A stretch of 63,824 bases of DNA, counting the filler, from Lenisia limosa (Eukaryota > Protista > Breviatea): assembly GCA_001655205.1 (NCBI GenBank). It is 10 parts of 10 records of this genome, joined end to end, with 100 filler letters (N's around TTAATTAATTAA, not from the genome) between each part and the next. Parts side by side here need not be neighbours in the genome. Positions count along the whole stretch, not along the records: positions 1 to 22,464 come from LPNZ01006687.1; 9 more parts are not named here. The stretch is one strand, 5' to 3'. Below the pieces are notes generated by a model. It saw only the letters and a list, made by a program, of their open reading frames with translations, was not told the DNA's origin and made no database searches. This document shows positions 1 through 12,499 of this stretch, in pieces. The position numbers and the translations under genes were made by a program. The first letter of the stretch is position 1. Every line of letters starts with the position of its first letter.

Positions 1-2986
1 TATCCAGCTCCAGAAGCAGATTTCTGAACTCCAAATGGCCAAAGTAGGAATTGAAGAAGACAAGAAGACAATTGAAAGTTTGGAAGCGAAAATTGCGTCC
101 ATTGAAAAGAAGGCTGCGCATGACCGCGCAGAATACAACAGAGAGAAAAAATCTGCTACCAAGAACTTCAACAATATGAAGAAACATCGGGCCGAAGCTG
201 AAAGACTTACTGCTTTGGTGTCAGAACTTGAGGCGTCATTGGATGCTGCCAAAAAGGAATCTCAGGATTCTGTTGAACTCTTAAAGACCCAATATGAAGA
301 GGAAATTATGTCTGAAAAGCAGGAAATCCAGAATTTGAAGGATGAAGTTCAGTTTGTCCAAACAAAGTTAAACCATGAGCTTGGGAAGGATAACAGTGTT
401 TGCTCTCTCAGAGATAGTGTCATGTCGCTCTCGTCAGCCCGTGAAGAAAGTCTCTCCAGGCTGAGTGGTAAGCGCACATGGCAATATTTAAGTGCAATAA
501 TAATAGACCATTTATAGTTTTTCCAGATATTTAATGTGGATTAACTCTTTTAGAAGCTGAGAATCTTCTCTCCAATGAAAGAGCCATCAATGAAGGTTCG
601 GAATTGTATTTTCAGAGAAACAAAAGGGTCTACTAGTTTGTGAATCATCATATCAAAAAAGAAAGTCTTTCTCTGGAGCGGAATCAGGAAGAAAGAAAGC
701 CTCACCATTTATTTACTTGTTAGATTTGAAGAGATCCATTATTCACCACGAGTCCGTTGCGACTGCGGCTCGAAGCGATCTCAATGCTTACCAAGAGAAG
801 TTTGAAAGTGTGTAGGGGTCTGTTATTATTATTATTCTGTTGTGTTGAGTTTTTAAAAAAAAGCATTTTTAAAAAAAACATATTTTATGTGAAAAAAATA
901 TCTTGAAATGGATAACCTTTATTTTTTTTGATGAGAAAGAGAGGTGATGTTAAATCAAGTACTTTCATCACTTGGGCTGTCGATTCATTCTTCTTTCACT
1001 TCTTGGAAGTGGTGTAAATAAAACCTTTTTGAAACGGAAAAGGTGTGAGAATGATTAATCATGTATGTGCAATAGTAGCCCTTATGCACTTTTCAATAAT
1101 CATGGAAATAACTCCTGCCTGATATTGGAAAGTGATTCCTCAGAGGAATGGTTAGGAAAGGGCTGGTCCCCTCAGGGACCAGCTTGAGCCTTCCAAAGCT
1201 GTAAAGAATGGGTGAGAAGTCTGGAGAGAACAATTTTGTGGAGAACGGAAATGTATTTAAAAATCTTCAGTTAAAAAAAATATGTTGTATAACAAAAAAT
1301 GTACCTGAAAAAATTCAGTAACATATACATAAGGCGACGATGGTGGCGGAGGGGGCAATCCCTGAGGATTTGTGGCGTGGCGAATCTGAACTCTAAAAGC
1401 GCAAACCGTTTTATGGGCTTTGCCTACCACAAACGGATAGGGTCGGTGGTGGTAGCGGAGAAAAGGGAGGAAAAAGAATTATAATATTAGCTGNNNNNNN
1501 NNNNNNNNNNNNNNNNNNNNNNNNNNNNNNNNNNNNNNNNNNNNNNNNNNNNNNNNNNNNNNNNNNNNNNNNNNNNNNNNNNNNNNNNNNNNNNNNNNNN
1601 NNNNNNNNNNNNNNNNNNNNNNNNNNNCGGAAGCGAATGGGACCAAAACATAGGACCGATCTCGGCAGGCCAAGAGAACAACAGTGCTCTAGACCAACCC
1701 GGTGAAACACTCCGTGGAAATAGAGCTGATAGAAGTGGTGAGGGGGACAATGAAGGTGATAGGGAGTAAGACAATGGTTGTACAGGTGTTGGCGAGGGCC
1801 CAAGGACAAGGGTGACGACGGTGTCCATGGTGATGGACGGGCTTTCAGGGACCGCAACTGGTCTGTTGGGCGGGCCAACTCCCTCCTCCAGGAGGGAGTT
1901 GGCCGTCACAACGGGTTTGCCAGACCCGGAGTGAGTGGTCAAGGAGGGCATTTGGTAACTTGGCCAGTGCCTTGGAGATGAGGAGGGATCTCATGTCTTC
2001 ATTTAGGCAAGGGCATATACCTGCTGCCAGGCCTCCGGTATGGCTGAATAAAGGGGCTTTAGCTCTGGAAGACTGCCAAAATGGCTCTCTTCTTGTTCTC
2101 AAGAGATGGAAACAAGAGCGCATCCATGACCATTTTCTTGATGGTCGAGCCAATTTCCCGCCTAAGGCTGATCATAGTTGGAGGGTTGGCAAACGGTGAG
2201 CAGGTGGCGGAGTGATTCCTGATGTGGCGGGGATGGAGGGGGCATTGTGGGGAGATGGTGTTTAGGATAGCGCTGGTTTGAAATAGCGGAGGTGATTGAC
2301 AAATCGGTTTTTTTGAACACTATCGGAAATTAAATATTTTCACTAGTTTGTGTAGCATCGCTGGTTCAGTGGTAGAATTCGACGTTGCCATCGTCGCGAC
2401 CCGGGTTCGATTCCCGGGCGATGCATTTTTTTATTTATTGTTCTCTTACGTGTTTGCTTTTTTGTTTTTTTTTCTTCTTTTTACTTTTTCTTCTTACACA
2501 CCACTAGAACAGCTGCCCGAAGCCGTTGCCAGAGCCCGCGAGGAGGCCATTAAGGACTACCAAAGCCGCGGCTCGGTTCAGGTGCGTCCGCATCATTTGT
2601 TTATTGGGGGGTCTGTCCATAGAGAATGTACAATGTGTTCAAAAGTTGACGGAAGCGGCGGAGGATGATTGAATACGATCATACGTGTATGTGGAAATAT
2701 GAAACACCATGGCTCATAATATTTGTTCGCTGACACCCCTCAGAAGGCTGACCGAGACGCAGCGCTCGCAGCCCTTCAGGGCATGCGCTCCAATGACGTT
2801 GAGACAAGAGATGAGCTGGCTCGACTCAGGAAGGAGAGAGAAAGCCTGAAAAACTTGATTTCTAACATCAAAGTATGTAGTGCTCTGGTAGCGAGAAAAT
2901 TCTCAATACTTTTTGTGATTTTTCTGTCTCCTTTCGTTTCTTGGTCACCTTTCTAGCACAACTCCCCCACCAAGCGCCGCCTTTAG
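1..2986 (+). CDS. Coiled-coil protein, 5'-partial; exons <1-468, 554-595, 724-807, 2508-2581, 2744-2872, 2957-2986
   Basis: GT-AG junctions join in consistent phase (LS-E-AENL, NE-D-LKRS, FE-K-QLPE, VQ-KAD, IK-HNSPTKRRL*). Product is E/K/L-rich and heptad-like. Confidence 0.75.
1627..2300 (-). mobile_element. Possible decayed non-LTR retroelement 3' ORF remnant inside the intron 808-2507
   Basis: GC-richer insert. Frameshifted minus-strand pieces CPLHPRHIRNHSATC...SLRREI and LLDHSLRVWQTRC resemble the C-terminal Zn-knuckle and W-x-x-R-C/N region of LINE ORF2. No RT motif is visible. Confidence 0.3.
2355..2425 (+). tRNA. tRNA-Gly(GCC)
   Basis: 71-nt cloverleaf: acceptor GCATCGC/GCGATGC, anticodon arm CGACG-TTGCCAT-CGTCG, T arm CCGGG-TTCGATT-CCCGG. 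A and B boxes are intact. Confidence 0.96.
2426..2432 (+). terminator. Pol III T-tract terminator
   Basis: T7 run directly after the tRNA discriminator base. Confidence 0.7.
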
Positions 2987-3049
2987 GTTACTGTTTCCTT
3001 GCATGTTTCGTTGATTTCATTTAGTAGTAATATTTATTTGATTGATTTC

Positions 3050-6000
3050 TCTAGTATCAAATTGTGCTACAAGGTATTTGCTAATAGTTATTATTTACTT
3101 CTATCTTGTTTCAAGACAGTACATTGTAAGAATCAAATACGATGTCGGTTCTTTCTTTCGTCCTCCAAACGCGCAAGAAGCTCACCTTGAACCAAACAGT
3201 CAGCAACTTTCTTGAGAGTGGAAGGAGTCTGGTGGGTTGGAAAAACAGATGCAAAATAACCATTTCCTTATAATTTACATAATATTAAAAGTATACACGG
3301 GTAACTGACCTGAAATCCCTCAAGATTTGCTTCAAGAATTAGACGAAGACAGCCCTGGTCATCTTTGTCAGGATCTGTGACAATCCCGTTCGGTGCAATG
3401 GTGTCAGCCCTTTTGAGCTTGGACCGCATGGGGCTGGAAGTCAAAATAGACCAAATGAAGAAATGCGAAATTCAGGTTGGCGAAGAAAGGTACCTTCAAA
3501 ACCCTTACATTGAGACGAGCATTTCACTGACAACTTGAATCGAAGGCACCAAGAACTCTGCACAGATCGACCTGTCATTTACAGCAAACACTGGGGGGAG
3601 CGCGTCGAAGACTGAGGGAGCCAAGCTACACTATCAATTTGGTTTCTTGAAATATCCAAGAACCTGGATGTCAAAGCATACACATTTTATATCATAGAAT
3701 ATCTTGTTGAAGGATTTTTTATCGTATGACATAATATGACATTCATTTCTCAAGACATATGCATATCCTAAGATACTGAATCCCTCAGCCCAACAGATGA
3801 TAAAGTCTCCCAACCATCCCACCTCAGTAAGAAGACGGACGCCGTTGGCGTTGGAGGTTTCGGGTCTCGTTCCTTCCACGCTGTCAACACCCGGATGTCA
3901 ATGACCTCAGGAGACACCGCATCAACCTTCGGAGGCCTAGGGGGGGGGGGGGGGGNNNNNNNNNNNNNNNNNNNNNNNNNNNNNNNNNNNNNNNNNNNNN
4001 NNNNNNNNNNNNNNNNNNNNNNNNNNNNNNNNATCGTTATGAAAAGATGTTGATAATGAAGGGTTTGTTGTGATATCAGGTGATTGTTTAACAGGTCTGA
4101 AGGCGGGGTTTTGGAAAGGCGAGTTTGGGCGAGAGAGTGGCTTTCCTAAAGATGATCAAAGATCATAATTTCTCCCACTATTTTGGTTGGTTTTGAGTAC
4201 AACAGGCTGGAGTAGCGGCGTGTGTCCATTACCGGCTGAAAGTTTGTTAAATGTTACTGCTCTTACTTTGTGGTGGAGACTGGATAATAGGAGAAATCCG
4301 ACCTAAACAGTCAATTTGGTACAATTTTAACCCGTAATACGAGGTTACCATCCTTTTTACCTGAGTTACCACGTGGTGAAGCAGGGGGAAGTGTCTGTGA
4401 AGGTGGTTTCAGACTAAAACAATAATTAGCACGGATGAAGAGTGTTTATTTCCAACCAAGAGGGCTTTGGGGTATCGTCAAGCTGAATGACCGCCAAAGA
4501 TGGTTCTTTCATGGAGAGTTTTGGAATATTAACATGCGCCCTTCGAGTGAAAAGTTCTGGCTCTTCTTGATTGTCATCTGAAGAGGTTTCGGTATCACTG
4601 AGTGCCTAAACAGGTAAACCGTCCATTGTCCACGAAGGTTGTAAAAATGATTGGGTAAATGCAATACTACAATTTCCTGTGTGAACGTGATAATGGATGT
4701 TATTCACATTTCTAGATAATTCGGCACTAAGAGAAGATTACAGAGTCATGAAGTCACACACAGGGTTTTTCCTCGCAAAACATAAACACCTACCGATTGA
4801 ATTAATGGGGGTAAGTCAGAGCAAGCACCACCTGGGACTGATTTCCCCTGATCACCAACAGCCGTCTGAGAGATAACGCCAAGTCAAACAATTTGAAGGT
4901 ACAACAAAAGCATACCAATCCATGGTCTTGACTGCTTCGAGGAAAAGCATTAAACAAGCTTGGTAACGAATTGGCCACTTCGTAACTGGCAAGCACTCTC
5001 TTATTTGATTCTATTGGTGTTTGTATTAAATTGGTAGGTCTTGGTGAAATGTCTGGAGATTCAAACCCATAAGAATCCCGTGAGAGCCATGACACACTCT
5101 GACCTAAAATCTCAGTTGAATACAATTTCTTCTGAATAAGACAAGAACATATAGCCAAAGAAAATAACAAGAATTAGGCAAGGACCTTACCAGAAGAAAT
5201 AAAAAAATGGAGTTCAGACTGAGCCACTAAGGAATCGAAAAGGGCGCATAAAGCTACGTTAACCAAACAAGCAAATTCTAGAACTTAAGCGTAGGCTCAA
5301 TACTGCATATGAAATTTAAAGTTAACTACGACACTTGCACAATTTGCTTGATCTGAAGCCATCTGGCTGTTACAGATAACCCAGCCTACCAGCGGCATGT
5401 GCAGGATTGACACTAGAATGTGGGTTTTGAAGCCCAAAAATAATCACGTTCATTCCTAGAGTGTAAAGGAGCAATTGACCAATATTATTATTTTCTATAA
5501 GAGATTTGATCTTCATAGTTTAAAATCCGTTCCGACTATCTTCGTCTTGCATTTGAAGAGAAGAAGCTCCCAAGCTTGAAGCGGCAACCTGAGGCATTAT
5601 TTTGTTCTTCTGGATTTATCACTTACATCACAGAGAGAAGTTACAGACTTGATGAAACGTAGGGTATCTGACAGCGAGAACTGCGACAATTTTGGAGTAC
5701 AAACTTCAACAAAGACAGCAGACGGGAGAGATTCAATATGTAGGTCTGCAGGATAAGCATGGTTCAGCTCAAACCCTGCGGAGTTCCATGAAGCAGTACC
5801 CTTTCGGAGTAAGCTGAAGGCACTGACATGATTATCAGTTTTTTGATGAAGGATTCTGACTGCTGCTCCCAGATATCAGCCAAGAACTTCTGCCTTTGAA
5901 TTTGATCCAACTTTGCCTTGGAATGTAAGTCGAAATACACACAAACAGGTATGTTGGCCATCATCAAGGGTATGAGACCAATCGTAACGACTAAAGAATA

Positions 6001-9000
6001 GGCAATTAACGGCTCAAACATACTTGTGATAACAATATTGTTAATTGAAAAATTCCAACCAAGCAAAGCAAAAGCCATCAGCGCGAATGAAAAGAAAACA
6101 TTTGCCTAAAACAAATTAACCAACGCCATTTCTCACGTTATGGTACTGCGTTTCAATTGCTCCACAGCTGGACAAATAACAGACAGCCCATAGCGGCAAA
6201 AGAGTAACTATTGTAACCTCCAAAGTCTGAAACGGTCACAACTTGCGCAAACAAACTCCATCATAGCTTGAACCAAAGTGGAGAACTAGGAACGCCAAGG
6301 GTTGTGAAAAGACAACTTAAGAATAAATCATCTGTGAGCTCTTACAAAGACTAAGGAACAGGGCGGATTTCACCTCGAGACGAGGCTTTGAAACCGATTC
6401 AACGCTAAAATATAGAGCAATAAGGCCCAAAATCAGCAATCCAAGCGTGGCTGAAAGGACTACATGGTGACTCAAGAGTAGCACCCCACCTTCTTTCATC
6501 CCAAACAGACAAAGTGTTAATAGGGTCAGTGGCAGGCCAAACTTAAAATTAGAAACAAGGCTGCGTATCAAATGGTCCATTTGATAAGACTGCTGAAAAA
6601 AACTACCTCCCTACCAAAAGTAAAGACGAATGCTTTCCTCGACAGTAGTGCTCCTCCAACGTAATGGAATCAAAAGGCTCAAGACCCTTTGTGAGATAAA
6701 TATCTGCAACATCCACATCCGGCAGATAGGCGCTGATAGAGGGAACGGATTCGGAAAGTGGCGGAAGCGGAGTTGGAGATGTGATCATCTGCGTCTTCAG
6801 TTGAAGATAGAGAATGCTAAATAAAAAGGTAGCATCAATTCCATCTATCCCATATGAGATAAGGCCCATTGTATTCATTGGAATTTACAATACCAAAAAT
6901 GGATGTAGTGTATTATAACTACAGAGTATTGCGAACGAGGCAGATAAACAACGGCCAACCTGTCCAGGGTTTGGAGCTAACAACGCCCGGTCTGAAGGCT
7001 CCGAAACAGCGCCAATCTGAAGTGATCAAAATTCCTTTCAAGACTTGCTGAAATACATGGGTTTTTTACATTATCCCTTGTCATTTTCACAAGTGTGAAT
7101 TATCCTGTTCCAGAAAAACCCACTCGTATGATACTTGACTGACAAGTCTCAAGGATACACCGATAGACTTGGGTTGAGCCCTCGTACTACCTCCTTTCAT
7201 CAGTTCGACGTAAATTTTATTCATATTATCATATTAAACATGTTTTCGAAGTACACTACATTAGTATCAAAAGTTGAAAGTTGTACCACTGTCCTTTGTT
7301 TCCCCATTTTCTTCAATCCATCACAGGTAATACCACCTTACAGGGTATAAACACGGCAGTGATCCGCCAGTTGTGGAAACAGCACAGATGTCATCTTCGT
7401 CATTATCATAGCCTTGAGACGGTAAAATAGACCATCAACAAACGCGTAAAGTTGAAGTCGTCAGAAAGAGAAGAACAGGAATCATTTTCGAAAGCAGGCG
7501 GCAAATCAATTCTCTCTTGATACATAAAACCAGGATCGCGTTACCTCCTGCACCATTGTTTATTCTCAATAAACTCAAAAACTTTGGTGACGCTGTTACC
7601 GATTTGATTTCTTGAAACTGTGAGTCTGATAAATTAAAATTCCCAGTTTTATTTTCAGAGACAGCTGCTGGGAAAGTAGAAACAAAAGCCTAAATGTTAC
7701 AACAAACGAATTCGCACCTTTCCATTTAAACCAATGAAAAACGAATCAGGAGGAACAATATCAACAAAAATCTAAACAATGAAAGAAAACCAAGTAAGGT
7801 ATTCAAGGCACTCTACAAACATTTGTCTTGACATCCGATATTTGTTTTTGAATTGAATGAATATGTTTCGAAAACGCTTGAGCGCTGGACTTTTCAGGAG
7901 GCGACTGACATGCAAACACTACTGCAACCCTAAATTGATCAGATACTGTAGTCCAAGCCAGTTAATGATAATCTCAATACTATCTGGATTCAAAAATACT
8001 TCATTTTTTAGAAAAGCCATCCGCTTCTTACATAACTTGAAAAAGCCCAACCCTCACTTGCCAGAATGGAAGTCAAAAACCCCCAATTGAGGGTTCTTGT
8101 GGACTTCCTATAGTGTCATACATCTTGGACTTCACTTGGGTGCGAAAAGGACAAGAAATATACTTTAGTGTATAGTATATCATATCATATGTAATATAGT
8201 GACATATATTCACTGATAATTTGTGAATAATATAATAATAGGAGTGATATCTCTTGTCCCACTTTGAAAACAGTTGTCACTGCTTCGGCCACTTTTCGGA
8301 CAGGATCAAGCTGTGATCCCTCTGATTTCGTGGGGCCTGTAATGTAATGATAACAGCTGATGAAAGGACTGAACAAAATAGGTTTGAACCAAATTGCTGT
8401 CACAAACCTAGAGGTGTGATAGTAAAGGTAGCAACATAGGTTGCAATTGAGTAGTTCACGATTTTCTAAAATGTAAGCAGTTTGAGGTTCATCACAAACG
8501 TCAACAGCAGTTGGTCTTGTGATTCGTGCGGAAACAAGGCCTCGCTGCCCATCAAGAAGCACCTAGTCCGTCATTTACTGAAGGCAGTAGTCTTTGGTGG
8601 AGTGCATATGAATATATAGCTATATATACTTTGTGTAACTAATTATGTTTACTATAACGTCGTATTTACACCTAGAATGGTCTTCAAATGACGTTACAAG
8701 GGAAGCGATCATGTTTTGCAGAACTGAAGTCTGTTCAATGGGATTACCTTCGAAATCAATTGCGACACAAGTTTTTTCCTTTTGGAGCAATTTTGGAAAA
8801 TAAAACTGCACAAAAAAAGTGCAACTGTGATCTAAACCGTGAAAACTTGTTCCCTTCCCTACAAAACAGCAGAGCAGGGATATAAGTTGCCATGAGGCAT
8901 TTATTTCGTTGCCGATCCAAAGCACCCCAGAAATGCCCAGAACCTGGTCCATTAGATCAATTCTTGATTATGTCCAGCTTCGCTTTGTCTTTTATGAGAA

Positions 9001-9748
9001 ATAAATGGACAAGTCTTATTTTTTGCAAGGGAATTCTTCAAATACCTCATTGACAATCAAAATAATTGCTTTGTCAAACAGAGCAAATGGTACTATACTC
9101 TTCGCACCCACCCCATGTAGTAAAAGAAAGCGGTAGTTGAGCCGTCCTTGAAGGGTCATCAGGACAATGGAGGATGCAGGGTACGCAAAAAGTGCCATTG
9201 TTTGTGCCCGTGTGGAGAAGAGCCATTGTAACAGAGCAAAGGGCTGAACAGTATGGGGAATAAGGAAAAGGGGAGAAAGGCAAAAAAAAGGGAAACAAAG
9301 AGTATCTGAAAGGAAAGGCAGTATTACCAATTCAAATTAGCGCTACTTGAGTTGAAATTAAATTTTATGTTTGAAATATGAGCTGTTAGCGTCCCATTAT
9401 CCACCCACAGTCAGCAAAGAAAGTGCTTCAAACCAAACTTCCGAAACGAAAGAAAAGATGAAGAGTGCACAAATACCAAGAATAGTTGGAACCTGGATTG
9501 TAACAACATCTTTACAACCTATGACAAATAAATTATTAGCCCATCATGTGAAATTAGATATCAATTCATATATCACAATTTATGGTGCAGCCGCCTCCCT
9601 TCCCCTATTGGTTACCTCATAAAACAGTGTTTCTCTACAATGAATGTAAACAGCACAAGGGTTTTTGAAATAAATACTCACAAACATTTAAAGAGTCACC
9701 AGCAAGCAGTTCGATAAAGAGAAGAAGAATTGCAAGGAAAGACTCCAT
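3050..9748 (-). CDS. Large multi-exon uncharacterised membrane protein (may be two genes)
   Basis: Starts MESFLAILLLFIELLAGDSLNV (hydrophobic leader) followed by gtgagt. Hydrophobic exons include VPTILGICALFIFSFVSEVW and LSATLGLLILGLIALYF. Many GT-AG-bounded open exons run down to ~3.1 kb. The 3' end is approximate. Confidence 0.5.
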
Positions 9749-10379
9749 TTGGAATGTTGTTTGTTGGGCACGATGTGCTTGTCTATATTCGGCGGTCAAT
9801 GTGTGGGTTCACACGATGGGTTCAACAAGATGGGTTAATGATCAAGACATCTCATTTTTTTGGGTGATTTTTTTTTTGGACAAGAGCTCAAACAGTGTCC
9901 CGAAATACCCCCGGGCCCTTCGACCGGACCACAACGGTAAAACGAAATAAATAGTTTCAAAATGTTGTCTTTGTTGACATCTCTACTGTCGCACCATCTC
10001 AAATCGTCACTACTACGTTGCCCAATAAGGTGGGGCTGTGTGTGTGTGTGTCACATGTGGATGCAACTGCTGATAACAAGTACAAGCCTTCTTCCAAGCT
10101 CGGGTAATAAACTTGTTTATATTTATACCCGCAGGTAAAGTAGAAATGAAGGAAAATGGGTTTCTGACCGAAGCCCATCCACATCACCACATAAAATATT
10201 GATATTAAAGAACTATGGTATGATGTGATATATTATAGTAGCAATATGTATTATTGGTTTCCAGAAATACTTGATCGATAGTGCTAGCTAAGAGACTTGG
10301 GCTCACCCAAAACTCCAATAAACATCTCTATACATATACATAATCTTCATTTCCTTTAGGAGTCTTTTTTCCGTCTACA

Positions 10380-12340
10380 ATGACAGCTTCCAAGGTATTG
10401 ATTGATCTTTGGATACTCTTTTACCCTCTTTTTTCCTCATGTTGCAGAGAAAGGTACCGAATATCGCGGCAGTACTGCCTTCGAAGTGATATCCGGTTTG
10501 CCAGCGGTCTAGCAATTTTATGCCAACCGAAATAAAGGGAAATCTATTTTGGCTTTCTCTTTTTAGGTCTAATTCAACTGGGATTTTATTTCTGTCTTGA
10601 CCCCTTTGCGTGGTGCTAATTTTCATAAGGGAGACAGGCCTATGATGAAGAGCCGGAAGTCTTATTAAGACACACACAGCCACAAGGAGAGGAAGGAGGT
10701 ATGTATTTAGTGAATCTTGTTCTGACAGATTTGGAGAATAGTAAAACCCTTTGGTTTCATAGAACCAATAAACCTCGGTTGTTGTTCTGTGTTTTTTTTT
10801 TCAGTGTTACTTTTTTGTTGATATTTTCAGTTCAGGAGGAGGAATCGTTTGTAAGGTATCTTTCAGAGTGTCAACGGAAGTTCACAAAGTGCGTTTCTTA
10901 AATTTTAAAATTGATATTTAACAAAAACAAAAAAACTAAAATATAATTGATAATATAATCGCCCTAATGCTCTGTCCTCTATGAATATACAGCAAGTAAT
11001 AGAGCAATAATATATATTATACAATGTATGTAGTAATCTAGTATATAATAATGTATTATGTAGTAATCTAGTATATAATAATATTATAATCTTCATCTTC
11101 AACTTAAAGCTATTGGCTTTTGCCAGACACCTTTTGCTACTACATCTCCTCGCAACTTATGGGGCAGAGCGTCGCAGTTTGCCCCGGTAAACATTCCGAT
11201 GCCTTTGGACGCCGATGACGTTCTCAGTCACTGGGCTAAACTGGCTGATAATGGTAAGGAAGAGATGTTGACGGAACTGAATAACCCAACCAAACAACAA
11301 ACGGGCATGGAACATGGAATTTTTCGAAGAATTTTTATTAAAATTCCAGTATAATTCTTGGGTACAGTTCCACTCTTCCAAATTATAAAAACCTTTTCAC
11401 TTTCTGGAGAGTATGTCAATTATTTTGCTAACTCTTTAGATGATTTGAACTGCCCCGAGTTCTCAACCATACCTACAATCAAGCCTGGAGGACAGATAAG
11501 CTCAGAGACCTGTTTGAGGCATTTTGAGGGAAGACGACAGCTTGCGCTTGACTTCGGACTGAAGTGAGGGGAGGTTTTTGAAATTATGGAGTAATGAACA
11601 AATGAAGGAATTGGGTGATAAATGATTCTCAATACTTGAGTGATTGACCTTTTTGAACAGAAGGAGCATTATCGCTCTCAAGAGGTTTCCTCAAGGCATG
11701 CGACAAATTAGTGAAACTCAGTGGCATATCTGTACACAAGGTTTGTGGAGGTGCTATTATGTTTTAACAACAAATGGCTGAAGATATAGAAATGACTATA
11801 TGATATATGATATATTGAGAATCTTAGAATCATGAAATCATCAAGAATATATTAGAGCATGGTTGTGCTATAGCGACAAAAATGAGTATTTTTGGCGCTC
11901 AACACTTTTCCTAAATTCCCAATTCAAAGATACACCGTCAGCAAGATACACGACATTTACTTCATCATTCTTATAATGTAGACGAGTGTTTGAAAATAGA
12001 CTGCGGCAATACTGGTGTCGTGACATCGAGGGTACTGACGGACTCGTTGAGGCCTTTAGGCTTCGGACGTTACTTTATCGTCACTGTGAGGGGCATAAAT
12101 GTATTACCGTATGTTCTGACAAATCCCAGCTTGCTTGAGATTAGTCATTTGCTCATTTTTTATTATTGTGTAAACCAATCATCTTTCAGGGCTTCCTCAA
12201 TGGAAGTGTCAGATATCGACTACAGGTCCCGAGCTTCAAGGCTCTCTGTCAATGTGGGTTTAAAACTGACTTATTTGGGACCAAAAGACTGAATTAGCTT
12301 GATACCCCACTGCGCCGTTGGGACTGCAATGAGACCTAAG
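10380..12340 (+). CDS. Uncharacterised multi-exon protein
   Basis: AG/GT-bounded open exons, e.g. TPFATTSPRNLWG...WAKLADN, YVNYFANSLDD...LALDFGLK, RVFENRLRQYWCRDIE. Ends are approximate. Confidence 0.5.
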
Positions 12341-12499
12341 AGCTTCACGACCTCGAAGGCTCCATAGGTTGTATCTCATCTCATGATCTTAGATTCGGGA
12401 CTTTCGGGGGTGCTCTCTCTCAAAAGAAAAGAAGTTCGAAAAGACTGATTTATGTCAAGTTATTTATGGTTCAATTTTGTTGAAGATCTAAAATATATC

